Positions 31,634 through 42,867 of a DNA stretch of 64,000 nt are shown here, in pieces (within the stretch, counting starts at the first letter, position 1; every line of letters starts with the position of its first letter). The position numbers and the translations under genes are program-made. A model generated the notes under the pieces. That model was not told the origin of the DNA. It worked only from the letters and a program-made list of their open reading frames with translations, and made no database searches. Source of the DNA: Balanoglossus misakiensis (lineage: Eukaryota > Animalia > Hemichordata); contig JBECUI020000041.1 of assembly GCA_040954595.2 (NCBI GenBank), positions 41,106-105,105 on the forward strand, in the 5' to 3' direction.

Positions 31634-32596
31634 ATGAAAAAGAAACTCAGCACTGTCCTGCTTTTTTTGATTATTGTTATTGGTTTTACATCCTGTCCTC
31701 TGGGTCTGCCTATTCTGGGACCCGCGTATTATGCAGGAAGGATTGAGAATCCTCCTGACTGGCTGAAAGAAAGTTTTGACGATTTCCTTAGTCTTTCTAG
31801 ATCTGAGTGGCTGAACTGGCAGGACTATGCCCTGAAGGACTATTGTCCTCCGGGCTACAAGCGGCGGGATTACCAAGGTAAATTCAGACTGAGGGTTTAT
31901 ACTAATAGGAATAATATGACTGGACTTCAGTATATAAACGTATTGTTCGCTGACGGGGCTTACATGGGCAACTTGATTCTTCTCCAGCTGGGGGGGAACA
32001 ACTCCGAGTCAAGATACTATAATGGGGTATACACCGGTTCGGATATCTTCACCATTTACGGCAATATAAGCTATAGGCATGCAGGTTATGCCCGCGGGAA
32101 ACAGGGTTTTATCCGCAGTGAAATCGAAAGAGACAAGACAACAGAAGAAAAAATATCTTGGCTTTACACCCTGAACATCGAAGGCAGGGCCGTTTTGGAC
32201 AGTATCCCTATGACCAAGTACGCAGTCCGGTATTTTCAAAATAAAGGCATCCTTTATCCTGACTGGATTTCTGCGAGGAGATTGATTACTGATGACTTGG
32301 GGCAGACTCTTAAAATAAACAATATAGCCGGTACCGGTACCGGTACTCCTACGGTGGTGTCTTTCATTGCTTTTGATACGGAGTTTTACACATACAATAC
32401 AGCCTACTTTGCTTTTTATAACATCACCTTGAATCGTTCCTTACCCGACAAAGTCATCTATAATCTGCACGATACCCCTCACGGCGGTACCGAGACCTTG
32501 GAAGTTGAAAACCTGGGAAATGAGAGCATCAGCTATCGCTGGCTTAACACCGACGGCGGTATTATCCGGGAAGGAACTCACAATTTACATGAATAA
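31634..32596 (+). CDS. Lipoprotein family, type A variant
   Basis: Type-A backbone with a divergent N-terminal half and B-type patches. Confidence 0.88.
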   Translation: MKKKLSTVLLFLIIVIGFTSCPLGLPILGPAYYAGRIENPPDWLKESFDDFLSLSRSEWLNWQDYALKDYCPPGYKRRDYQGKFRLRVYTNRNNMTGLQYINVLFADGAYMGNLILLQLGGNNSESRYYNGVYTGSDIFTIYGNISYRHAGYARGKQGFIRSEIERDKTTEEKISWLYTLNIEGRAVLDSIPMTKYAVRYFQNKGILYPDWISARRLITDDLGQTLKINNIAGTGTGTPTVVSFIAFDTEFYTYNTAYFAFYNITLNRSLPDKVIYNLHDTPHGGTETLEVENLGNESISYRWLNTDGGIIREGTHNLHE

Positions 32597-32676
32597 AATT
32601 CCCGGGAAGCGAACTTCAAAGAGCGAATAAGATGAAAGGGAAATATATTATTCCGTTATTCTATTAAGGTGATAAA

Positions 32677-33672
32677 ATGAAAAAAAAACTCAGCGCTGTC
32701 CTGCTTTTTCTGATTATTGTTATTGGTTTTACTTCCTGCGGGTTGGTTGCCTACTGGACGGAACCATATACCTTACCCGAGTATTATGGGGGAACGATTA
32801 TAAATCTTCCTGACTGGATAGGAAATAAATATGACATTCCCTCTGTATCGGAGTGGATGAACTGGCAGGACTATGCCCTGAAAGACTATTGTCCTCGGGG
32901 CTATAATCGGCAGGATTACCAAGGTAGATTCAGACTAGAGGTAGAAAATACTGATAATGCGGGACTTCAGAGAATAATAGTACGGTTCGCTGACGGGGTT
33001 TACATGGGAGAAGATATAACGAGCGACGACCATCCCTCTGACCCCTTGTTTCTTCTCCGGCTGGACGGGAGCGACTCCGAGACAAGACTATATGAGGGGG
33101 TATACACCGGTTCGGATAGCTTCACCATTTATGGTGATATAGTCTATGTCCATACAAGCCCCCTTTATGACAACGGGAAACAGGGTTTTATCCGCAGTGA
33201 AATTAAAAGAGACACGACAACAGAAGAAAAAATAACTTGGCTTTACACTCTGAACATCGACGGCAGGGCCGTTTTGGATAGTATCCCTATGAGTCTGTAC
33301 ACACTCCAGTATTATCAGAAAAAAGGTCTCTTCCGTCCTGACTGGTTTCCTAGAAGACTAGGTCTGGATGAAGAGTGGGGGCATACTCTTGAGTTAGGCG
33401 TGACCGGTGTTCCTCAGGTGTGTATGATTAGGTTTGAAAGTGAGACTTTCACACTCGATAAAACCTCCTTTCTTTTTTTAAACTTCACCTTGAATCGTTC
33501 CTTACCCGACAAAGTCATCTATAATCTGCACGATACCCCTCACGGAGCTACCGAGACCTTGGAGGTTAAAAACCTGGGAAATGAGAGCATCAGCTATCGC
33601 TGGCTTAACACCGACGGCGGTATTATCCGGGAAGGAACTTTCAGTGCCCCCTACCCCCCCATCCCCTATTGA
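32677..33672 (+). CDS. Lipoprotein family, type B variant
   Basis: Type-B backbone with an A-type EWMNW patch. Confidence 0.88.
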   Translation: MKKKLSAVLLFLIIVIGFTSCGLVAYWTEPYTLPEYYGGTIINLPDWIGNKYDIPSVSEWMNWQDYALKDYCPRGYNRQDYQGRFRLEVENTDNAGLQRIIVRFADGVYMGEDITSDDHPSDPLFLLRLDGSDSETRLYEGVYTGSDSFTIYGDIVYVHTSPLYDNGKQGFIRSEIKRDTTTEEKITWLYTLNIDGRAVLDSIPMSLYTLQYYQKKGLFRPDWFPRRLGLDEEWGHTLELGVTGVPQVCMIRFESETFTLDKTSFLFLNFTLNRSLPDKVIYNLHDTPHGATETLEVKNLGNESISYRWLNTDGGIIREGTFSAPYPPIPY

Positions 33673-33777
33673 CATGAATAAAATCCCCGGGAAGCGAACT
33701 TCAAAGAGCGAATAAGATGCCATGGTATTTTATTGTCGATATAGCATTCGATACTCTCGAAGAGGACAAAATCAAAT

Positions 33778-35391
33778 ATGCACTGCACGACACAGCTTAG
33801 GGCGGGACGGAGTATAGGGAGATTGAGAAAAGACCAGAAAATTTGTTCAATTTCTGCCAACTTGACGGAGAAGACCATGTTCTCCGGGAAGGGGTGCTCA
33901 GGGATTCACGGCTGCCCAATGGATAAAAAGAAGTCGGCAGAATGGGTTTACAAAGCGCATGAGTTTTCTGCAATAATTTCATTGCTCCCGGGTATAAAAC
34001 TTCTGGGGTTTTGCGTTTTCTTCGTCGCCTTTCTGTCCGGTTGTTTTGTTAACAGCGACTACCTCATGATTGCAGCATCAGACAATCCTGTGACCTATCA
34101 GGGATCTACGACTGTTACGGCAAAAAGTAATCAGGATATTGTTTCCTTAAAATGGTTTTTAAACGGTGAGGAACATCAGGAGACAGGGCCCCGATTTCTT
34201 CTTACCGACACAGAGTCTCGGGAACAAAGGCATTCTCTTTATGCGGTCATGCAGGCCGGCGAGAAAAACATCGTCAGCAACACCCTTACCATCACGGTAA
34301 CCGCCTCGGCCCCCTTACTCAATGCCACTGAAAACTTTGTTAACAAGTATCAGTTTCGGCCCGCACTTTCGGTAGCGGTATACCGGAAAGGCGCCCTGGA
34401 TTTCTATTACAACGGAGGGTACAGTTCCTTGGAAACGGATACTAAAGTCAACGAAGAGACACTTCACTATTTGTACAGTATTACCAAAACCTTTATTTCT
34501 GCCGAGATCCTGCGTCTGGTACAGGCGGGCAGCCTTTCCCTAACGGCGACTCTTAACAGCCTGCTCCCCGAAGTAAATCATCTTTACATCAATGATGATG
34601 CGACGGTGGAACAGATGCTCAACCATACGTCAGGGATAGGGGCTTACGTTAACAACCCCCAGCTTTTGGCAGAAAATCCTTTTCGGGAGCAGGCATGGGA
34701 TCCGCATTTATTGTTTGATTTTATTCGTGTGCCGCCCCTGGATCTAGGCTTGTTTACTTACTCTTCTATGAATTATATTCTTTTGGGACTCATCATCGAA
34801 AAAATAACCGCAGAAGATCTGAATATTACGTTGAAGAATGCTTACCTGCAGCCCCTGGGACTGAACTCCCTTAAACTGCACCCTCAGGATGAAGTCAATC
34901 TGCAAAATATTTCCCACCCTCACGTTCATCCTTACACAGATCTGAATTTAGTGGGGGACGGGGTAACTCCCATCGATTTTACCACTATAATACCAGACAG
35001 CATAGATCTGATCGGCAAGAGTTCCTGGTCCGCTGGGGGCATGGTGGGACAGGTAAGAGATGTGGCTCTTTGGGGTTACTACCTCTACAGCCGTCAGGAT
35101 GAGGGAATCGCCAAAGAGATAAAAGACGCCCTCTATTCATCGGCAAGCCCTTTTATCAGCTCCGGACAGACCGGTTACGGTTGGGGACTGCGGGTAATTC
35201 CTTACCAAGACACTTATCTTTTGGGATCATACGGCCGCAGCATAGGTTCAGAAAATCTTCTGTATTACAACCCTGATACCGATACTTCCTTTGCCATCCT
35301 AACATCATCCAACGCCAACAGAAAAGGGCTTCCCAATATTGATGAGCTTTTATTCAGCCTGTACGAAGGAGTAAAGAATGAAGGCCCTTAA
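33778..35391 (+). CDS. Serine hydrolase (beta-lactamase/D-peptidase fold) lipoprotein, start uncertain
   Basis: SITK (SxxK), MLNHTSGI, YSSMNYILLGLIIE, WSAGGM, lipobox FLSGC. The first ~55 codons are repeat-derived. Confidence 0.85.
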   Translation: MHCTTQLRAGRSIGRLRKDQKICSISANLTEKTMFSGKGCSGIHGCPMDKKKSAEWVYKAHEFSAIISLLPGIKLLGFCVFFVAFLSGCFVNSDYLMIAASDNPVTYQGSTTVTAKSNQDIVSLKWFLNGEEHQETGPRFLLTDTESREQRHSLYAVMQAGEKNIVSNTLTITVTASAPLLNATENFVNKYQFRPALSVAVYRKGALDFYYNGGYSSLETDTKVNEETLHYLYSITKTFISAEILRLVQAGSLSLTATLNSLLPEVNHLYINDDATVEQMLNHTSGIGAYVNNPQLLAENPFREQAWDPHLLFDFIRVPPLDLGLFTYSSMNYILLGLIIEKITAEDLNITLKNAYLQPLGLNSLKLHPQDEVNLQNISHPHVHPYTDLNLVGDGVTPIDFTTIIPDSIDLIGKSSWSAGGMVGQVRDVALWGYYLYSRQDEGIAKEIKDALYSSASPFISSGQTGYGWGLRVIPYQDTYLLGSYGRSIGSENLLYYNPDTDTSFAILTSSNANRKGLPNIDELLFSLYEGVKNEGP

Positions 35392-36523
35392 TTTTTCCTT
35401 GTACCTTTCTGTTCTCCTTGCTTTTTCCTGTGCTTTACCGACCCCGGAAAAAACGAATCACATTTATGACTGGAACGTATTGGTCTACATGGCAGGAGAT
35501 AACGATCTGGAACGTTTTGCCCTGGAAGATTTTAAGGATATGGAACTGGTGGGGTCAACAAATAACGTCAATGTTCTGGTACTCCTTGACCGTTCCCCCG
35601 GTTACGACAGATCCCTGGGAAACTGGTCGAACACCCGGCTTTACCGGGTATTAAAAAATGATAATCCCCGTTCCATAGAATCGGCATTGCTTAAGGATTA
35701 TACAGATCTGGACATGACGGATCCCCAGGTTTTGCAGGATTTTCTGCTTTTTTCCCATCGTAACTATCCGGCAAAAAAAACAGCCCTGGTTTTGTGGAGC
35801 CACGGCACGGGAGTTTATCCCTCCGCCTCCTGGATAAACCAGGGAAACACAGAGCCTCTCTATGGAATTATTTACGATTATTCCACCGGTTCCGGTGTCT
35901 GGGACACCATGTTTATTGCCGAAGTTGAAAATGTTCTGCAAACGCTTAAAGAAGATACCGGAAAAAATCTTGACATTATCAATTTTGATGCCTGTCTCAT
36001 GCAGATGCTGGAGGTCTCCTGGCAGCTCTCCGATGTCGCTGATTATGTGGTGGGCGCCCAGCCGAACATTCCCGGACCGGGAAGTAATTACAAAACTCTT
36101 CTGGAATTTCTAAGGGATCATCCCTCCGTAAGTCCCCGGGATTTTTCTGTTTATCTTGTGGACGATTTCTATGAAGAGTACAAAGAATCTCTAATAAGCA
36201 TTGCCTATTCGGCTCTGGACACAAAAGAGAATTACGCAGACCTGCAAGCGTCCTTTACCCGCTGGACAGAACAATTAATGCTTCTCAGTGATGAGGAATA
36301 CAGAATTATTTTTGATCTGAGACAAAATTTAGGGGCCTATGAAAAAACCTTTGGAGAATATGTTGATCTGTACAATCTGATTGAATCAATCTTCCAGGAA
36401 GACAATATAAACAGTCCTTCTCTCAAGGCAGCTGGTGAAGAGCTTAAAATACGAATGCAGAACGTCATTCTAATCAGCGTAAAACAGGGACCTACAAATC
36501 CACGGTTAACGGAATGGGAATAA
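35378..36523 (+). CDS. Clostripain-like (C11) cysteine peptidase lipoprotein, 3' end possibly truncated
   Basis: LAFSC lipobox, VYMAGDNDLE, LWSHGTG, FDACLM. Confidence 0.9.
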   Translation: MKALNFSLYLSVLLAFSCALPTPEKTNHIYDWNVLVYMAGDNDLERFALEDFKDMELVGSTNNVNVLVLLDRSPGYDRSLGNWSNTRLYRVLKNDNPRSIESALLKDYTDLDMTDPQVLQDFLLFSHRNYPAKKTALVLWSHGTGVYPSASWINQGNTEPLYGIIYDYSTGSGVWDTMFIAEVENVLQTLKEDTGKNLDIINFDACLMQMLEVSWQLSDVADYVVGAQPNIPGPGSNYKTLLEFLRDHPSVSPRDFSVYLVDDFYEEYKESLISIAYSALDTKENYADLQASFTRWTEQLMLLSDEEYRIIFDLRQNLGAYEKTFGEYVDLYNLIESIFQEDNINSPSLKAAGEELKIRMQNVILISVKQGPTNPRLTEWE

Positions 36524-36931
36524 ACTTTCCCTATACGGCCCTGCAGTGGGAGTATTACCAGGGAAACGGGGCTAATCAGCCAGGCTATGCCGGATTCAGA
36601 CTGACGCAAGAAAGCCGGTGGCTGGATTTCCTAAGAAAAATATTGGCCACCGGGGGGGAAAGGGAAGAAGATCCCTAACCGGAAGGTCTCGCCCCTGCGG
36701 TTTCACCCTAGCGGCCAGAAAAAGTAATGCGGTTTCCCTGGCCCTGTGTTTGGTTTCCCCTGGGGTTTTATTCTGATCATTAAGAAGAATCTTCTTAATG
36801 GCCTTGGGAAGCATGGCCAGTCTACGGGAAACGGAACCTCTTTTGTTCCCCCCCTTGTTTGGCGATTCTGAACCAGGGAACAAAACCCCCGCAGGACGAG
36901 AAACTGTCTCTGCCCTCAGCTGAGGGACAAA

Positions 36932-37301
36932 TTAAACATGTTGATCAAACAAAAGGGGATTCCCATCAGGATCCAAAAGGGTAAAGCTTGCCGGGCCGGT
37001 TGAATTCTCATCGGCTTCCGACTCAAACGCAACCCCCTGTGATTTAAGCTTTTTTTGAAGAGTCCGTATGTCTGTGAAATCTTCAAGGTTCCCGCGTCTT
37101 GATCCCAGCCGGGATTAAAAGTCAATATGTTTTGGGGAAACATCCCCTGGAACAATCCAATAACATGGGTTCCGTTTTTCATAATCAGCCAGTTCTGAGT
37201 CTATCTCCGCCAAAAACCTGGAAACCCAATTTTTCGTAAAAAGACTTTGAAGTCTCAATATTTTTAACATTGAGACTTATTGAAAAAGCTCCTAATTCCA
37301 T
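36932..37301 (-). pseudogene. VOC family protein, frameshifted
   Basis: [27 protein letters not shown] / [30 protein letters not shown] / DPDGNP..DQHV*. Confidence 0.85.
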
Positions 37302-37373
37302 AAATCACACTCCATTTTTGTTTTTTAACAGGGGAGACTTTCTTGTTATCCCCTAATACGGTGATTCGTATCA

Positions 37374-37518
37374 GGTAGTGTCAAGAATTTTGCGCACTTT
37401 CAAATCTCCAATGTTGAAAGAACCTAAGGTACATCTTGCCCCATCGTTTTAAGTACGTCCATATTCAAATACTTTTCTCTACTCCATTTTGTTCCCATGA
37501 TCTGCCTGAGCCTGGCAG
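37374..37518 (-). mobile_element. IS256 end fragment
   Basis: GGTAGTGTCAAGAATTTTGCGCACTTTCAAATC..., matching 399-542. Confidence 0.85.
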
Positions 37519-37718
37519 TACCGCAAAGAACACGGATGTCCCGTTCCTCCCTGTGCTTCAGAAGGGAATTTAACGGTTTCCGGGAGCGGTGGGGGTTGAA
37601 ATACCGTTTCCCCTGGGATTAGCGAAACCGCCAGAGGTGTTGATAGGGAATCCTTTCAGGAAGCCGGTTGTGCTGTTTTGTTCTGAAGGAATTAATCAAT
37701 ATAAAAAAGGAGATCAAA

Positions 37719-39003
37719 ATGGATTATATGAAAAGTAAGGCATTGGCTTATCACGAGCAGGGGGGCCCGGCCGGGAAAAACCGAGATGATTCCCACCAAA
37801 CCCTGTACCACGGCGGAAGAACTTTCCTTAGCCTATTCACCTGGGCTGGCCCACCCTGTGCTGGCCATCGATGAGGAAAAGGAAAAGGCATAGCAGTACA
37901 CAAACAAAGGAAATCTGGTGGCTGTTATTTCTAGCGGTACCGCCATACTGGGACTGGAGACCGGGGTCCCTTAGCTTCTAAGCCTGTTATGGAGGGCAAA
38001 GGAGTGTTGTTTAAGCGTTTTGCCGACATTGATGTTTTTGATATTGAGGTTGATGTTAAAGATACTCAGAAGTTTATTGAAATAGTAAAGGCCCTCTCGC
38101 CCACTTTTGGGGGGGATCAACCTTGAAGATGTAAAGGCTCCTGAATGTTTTGAGCTGGAAAAGACCCTTATTGAGCAGTGCGATATTCCTATTTTTCACG
38201 ATGATCAGCACAGAACGGCTATTATTTGTACTGCCGGGGTTCTTAATGCGGCGGAATTAACCGGCCGTTCTTTAAGCTATATGAAGGTTGTTTTCAAACG
38301 GGGCCGGAGCTGCGGGAATAAGCTGCGGGAAAATGTTTGTTGATGCCGGTATCCCTAAGGAAAACATTCTTATGTGCGGCAGTAAGGGAGTTATTACCAA
38401 AGAGAGAAAGAACTTGGGGCCGGAAAAGGCCTTTTTTGCTACGGAAACCTCTCTTAAAACTCTGGAAGAGGCTATGGCCGGTACCGATGTCTTTGTAGGG
38501 CTGTCTGTGGCCGATGTGCTAAGGCCGGCTATGCTGAAAAGCATGAACGATAATCCCATTGTCTTTGCCATGGCCAATCCCAACCCGGAGATCAGCTACC
38601 CCCTGGCCCGGGAAACCCGTTCTGACGTTATTATGGGAACGGGCCGGAGTGACTATCCCAACCAGGTGAATAATGTGCTTGGTTTTCCCTTTATCTTTAG
38701 AGGGCCTTGGATGTCCGGGCTTCGCGGATTACCGAGGGCATAAAAATGGCTGCTTCCCGTGCCCTTGCCGCTTTGGCCAAGGAGCCTATTCCCCCTGAAG
38801 TGCATAAAGCCTATGGCCGGGATTTTTCCTTTGGCGCCGAGTATGTGCTTCCCAAGCCTTTTGATCCCCGGGTTATTGAATGGGAGGCTTTTGCTCTAGC
38901 CCAGGCGGCCTGTGCAGGAGGAGTCGCCCGGAAGCCCATTACCGACTGGGAGGGATACCGGGAAACTCTGCGGAACCGCATGAAGAAGTACTGGGTTAAA
39001 TGA
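37719..39003 (+). pseudogene. NADP-dependent malic enzyme
   Basis: [66 protein letters not shown]. Several frameshifts and a TAG near 37890. Confidence 0.92.
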
Positions 39004-39139
39004 TTTCCTGCCCCACCGGATTGTTCCTAAGGGGACTCGTCTTCTGCCGTATGCTATTACCGATGAGCGGTTGACAGAAATCCGTGTGGGGAAGTTCGGG
39101 AAAGGTCTGTTTCTATCTACAGGACGGGGAGGAATTCTT

Positions 39140-39563
39140 ATGCTGATTTTATTCTTGGCATCCTGTGCTACGACGGTCCCCGAAGGGGTTGGTTTGACCT
39201 CTTGAAGGGACTATCCCTTAAAGAGGCGGTTTGTCCCCCGTCACCTAACGGTGTCTCTACCAAATCAACAGATAAGGAACATAGCATTGCCGGTTATCCC
39301 CGTAGTGAAACACCCTCAGAGGCCCAAAGTCGTATCAGGCAGATTTTGGAACAGGAGCCCCGGGTAGAGATTCTCAAACGATGTCCTATATTCACGCCGT
39401 GCAGCGGTCAAAAATATTCAAATTCCCCGATGATGTGGAGTTTTGCTTTCCCGCCGATCAGGAAATCATCCATTTCCGTTCGGCGTCCCGTCTTGGTTAC
39501 AGTGATTTAGGCGTTAACAGGAAACGGATGGAGAGAATTCGAAGCAAGTATCTGGACGGTTAG
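39140..39563 (+). pseudogene. DUF1499 family lipoprotein, frameshifted
   Basis: CPPSPNGVST, YIHA..RSKIFKFPDDVEF, IHFRSASRLGYSDLGVNRKR. Confidence 0.85.
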
Positions 39564-39579
39564 CTTTTGGCGGGGGAAG

Positions 39580-41707
39580 GAGGGGAAGCTTCCCGCAGGG
39601 AAAGGGAAATACGCTTCCGCGCCTGGTCTATTTCCAGCACTTTACTTGAACCTGCTGCCGGAGTTTTACAACTTCTCCCGGGTCTTTTACGTAGTGATCC
39701 GCCAAATGGCTGATGTGTACAAGTCCGTCTTGGTGTACCCCCACATCTACAAAAACCCCAAAGGCGGTGATGTTGGTAATTATTCCCGGCAGAATCATAC
39801 CGGGCTTCAGATCTTGTATTTCCTGTACATTCTGATCAAAAGAGAAGGCTTCAAAGAGGGGTCGGGGATCCCGGCTGGGTTTTTCCAGTTCGGCTAAGAT
39901 GTCTTGCAGGGTGGGAAGTCCTACCTTACCCCTGACATAGCGTTCCCAAGGGATGCGCCGGCGTAAGGCGGCATCGGTCATAAGATCTGGGGGCGGCAGT
40001 CCTGGTCCCGGGCTATGGTGTTTATAAGGGGGTAGCGTTCCGTATGGATGGCGCTGGCGTCCAGGGGGTTGGAGCCGTTGCGGATTCTCAGGAAGCCCAC
40101 CGATTGTTCGTAAATTTTCTCTCCCATACGGGGGACTTTTTTAAGAGCTTCCCGATGGGGGAACGGACCGTTTTCCTGGCGATATTTTACAATGTTCTCT
40201 GCCAGTTTCGGCCCTAAACCCGCCACGTAAGTAAGAAGGGAAGTACTGGCTGTGTTCACATCCACACCTACGGCGTTTACTACGCTGCCGACTTCTTCCT
40301 GCAGGCTTTTACCCAGGGCCTTGGGGTCCACATCGTGCTGGTACTGCCCTACGCCCAGGGAGGGGGGATCGATTTTTACCAATTCGGCCAGGGGATCCTG
40401 AAGGCGGCGGGCTATGGACACCGCCCCACGGGACAGTGGGATCTTTACGGGGGAATTCCTGCCGGGCCACATCGCTGGTGGAGTAAACCGAGGCCCCGCT
40501 TTCATCCACCGAAACTACCATCACATCAGGTAGGTTCAGCTTCCGGATGAAATCTTCGGTTTTCCCGTCCGGCTGTCCCGTTTCCCACCGCCACCGCCTG
40601 GATTTTGTTTCTGCGGCACAAATCTTGAAGACAGACGGCCGCCTCTTTTGCCTGTTTCTCACCGTGAGTAGGAAAAATCACCCTTTCTTCCTGAAGCTCA
40701 CCCTGGGCATCCAGGGCCACCACCTTGGCTCCGGTACGGAATCCGGGATCTACCCCCAAGACTCTCTGAGAGCCCAGGGGCGGAGCCATAAGGAGTTCCC
40801 GCAGGTTCCGGGAAAAGACAGCAATGGCCTTTTGTTCCGCTTGTGCCCGGGCTTCTTTTAAGACCTCGTTTTCCAAAGCGGGAGCCAGCAGCCGCTTCCA
40901 GGCTTCCTGTGCGGCGAGCCTTATCTGCCGGGAGGCCTCTCCTTTCCCCTTCACCACCAACCGCTCAAAAGCCTCTATGGCTTGTTGCGGTTCCGGCCGG
41001 GCCTGAACCGTAAGGAAGCCTTCTTTTTTCCCTCGCAGAATCGCCAAAAGACGGTGGGAGGGTATGTGGGCCAGCGGCTCGCTTCTGTCAAAATAATCCT
41101 GAAACTTGGCGGCCTGTTCTGCCTTCTTTTTTATAAGGGTTGATTTTAGAAGACTTTTCTTCCTGAAAAGCTGCCTCTGTTTTTCCCGTATTTCCGGCGT
41201 CTCGCTTATCTGCTCAGCCAGAATATCCCGGGCTCCCTGAAGGACCGTTTCTCTGTCAGGCAAACCCGCCTTTTTATTGATGTAGGCCTGGGGATCAAGG
41301 GGTTTTTCCTTTTGCCGCCAGATTTCCTGAGCCAGGGCTTCCAGGCCCTTTTCCCGGGCCATGTCGCCTCGGGTACGGCGTTGGGGCCGGTAGGGTCGAT
41401 ACAGATCTTCCAGAGAGGCCATAGCCGGAGCCGCTGCTATCTGAGCAGCAAGAGAATCGGTAAGGTGCTTCTGCTCCTTGAGGGATTTTAATATGGCCTT
41501 TTTCCGTTTTTCAAGTCCGCGCAGAGCTTCCAACTGGTCCCTGATATCCCGAAGCGACACCTCGTCCAGAGAGCCTGTGGCTTCTTTGCGGTACCGGGCC
41601 AGGAAAGGGATGGTGGCGCCTTCGTCCAGCAATGCGGCAACAACGGCTACCTGGGAAGGGTTGAGGCCCAGTGTAGCGACGATGGGGGAGATAAGGGATT
41701 CTGTCAT
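39580..41707 (-). pseudogene. tex: Tex transcription accessory protein, multiple frameshifts
   Basis: [63 protein letters not shown] and the S1 domain FGVFVDVGVHQDGLVHIS across 4 ORFs. Confidence 0.93.
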
Positions 41708-42032
41708 GAGGTCCTTGCTACAGTATAAGGGAGAGGGGGGGAGGGAAGGCAAGAGGCAGGTAGGAAAAGCCGTTTCTTAGCCTCCCGAGGGGTTTGAATA
41801 AGTTTACGGTCATTTCAACTCTTTTCTCAGGGAATGTTTGCGGCTTTCCGGTCTCCCCGAACGTCCTGATTCTCCTTTGTCTTAAGATAGTCTGACCGTG
41901 ATTCAAAATTCCCTACTTCCCCAACAAACAGAAAATAATCTTAAAAAAACCTGGCTTTTCCTCTAAAACGTAATAAGCTTTTACACCGTAGTGCCCTTAT
42001 TCAACCAGAAAATCTCAGACCAAAGAAAAAAC

Positions 42033-42061
42033 TTGACAAGAACGAATAACTACGATAGGAT
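42033..42061 (+). promoter_or_regulatory. sigma70-type promoter
   Basis: TTGACA-17 bp-TAGGAT, followed by AAGGAGG RBS and ATG at 42101. Confidence 0.7.
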
Positions 42062-42100
42062 AGAGCGAGCAAAATCAAACTTTTAAGGAGGCCTAAGCAT

Positions 42101-42867
42101 ATGAATTACTCACTCACTCACTCACTCACTCACTCACTCACTCACTCGCGTTAGGACATCATAGAAGAACCCTAGCTAAAACTAAAAAGCTCACCCTTTT
42201 CCCCCTTGCCTTTTACCTTTTGACCTCCTGTAATAACTCCGCCGCTCCTTCCTTTGAAGCGGTCACCTACCGGGACGAAGGCAGGGAAATCAGCATAACT
42301 GGCCTGGCAACACAAGACATCACCATACCCTCAGCCATTCAAAACAAGACCCTTAGCACCATAGCCAAGGCAGCCTTAAAAAACTCCCCCCTCACCAGCC
42401 TAACCATACCAAACACTCTAAGAACCATAGAAGACGAAGCCTTCAACTCAGCTGCTTTCCTGACCGAAGAGCACTTAGGAAACAGCATTACCGGAAGCCT
42501 GGCCTTCGCTGCTACAGCCCTGAACGAGCTGACCATCCTGGCCCCAAGGGCACCCAGCGCCGCAGACAGTCCCGCCGAGGCCTTTGCTTCTTCCCTAACC
42601 GCTATTACCTTAAACTACTCCATCGGCTCCACAGGCTACTCCGAAGCCCCCTGTAGCGGCTTCGGCACACCAAAACTTTTCCTGGACCCCGCTGTCATTG
42701 AAAACCTAGACCCCCAACATCAAAGCATCATCAGCTTCAAAGCCCTACCCGGCGTCACCATCACCATAGAAGCCCGCACCGAAGCCGCCTTTACCGCCGC
42801 CGCTACGGCGGACTCTGCCTCAACGGCAACAGCAACCCAAGACATAACATTGACAGCCCTGACATAG
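42101..42867 (+). CDS. Short BspA-like LRR lipoprotein, out of frame at an (ACTC)10 tract
   Basis: ATG 42101, repeat 42108-42147. Downstream open frame ALGHHRR...LAFYLLTSC then LTSLTIPNTLRTIEDEAF. Truncated paralog of 58993..61259. Confidence 0.8.

Noticed and set aside
19177-33672. Diversity-generating retroelement acting on the lipoproteins
   Set aside because: No reverse transcriptase in the window. Differences are not confined to adenines (CTT/CGT, CTG/CCG, GTT/CTT) or to one C-terminal region.
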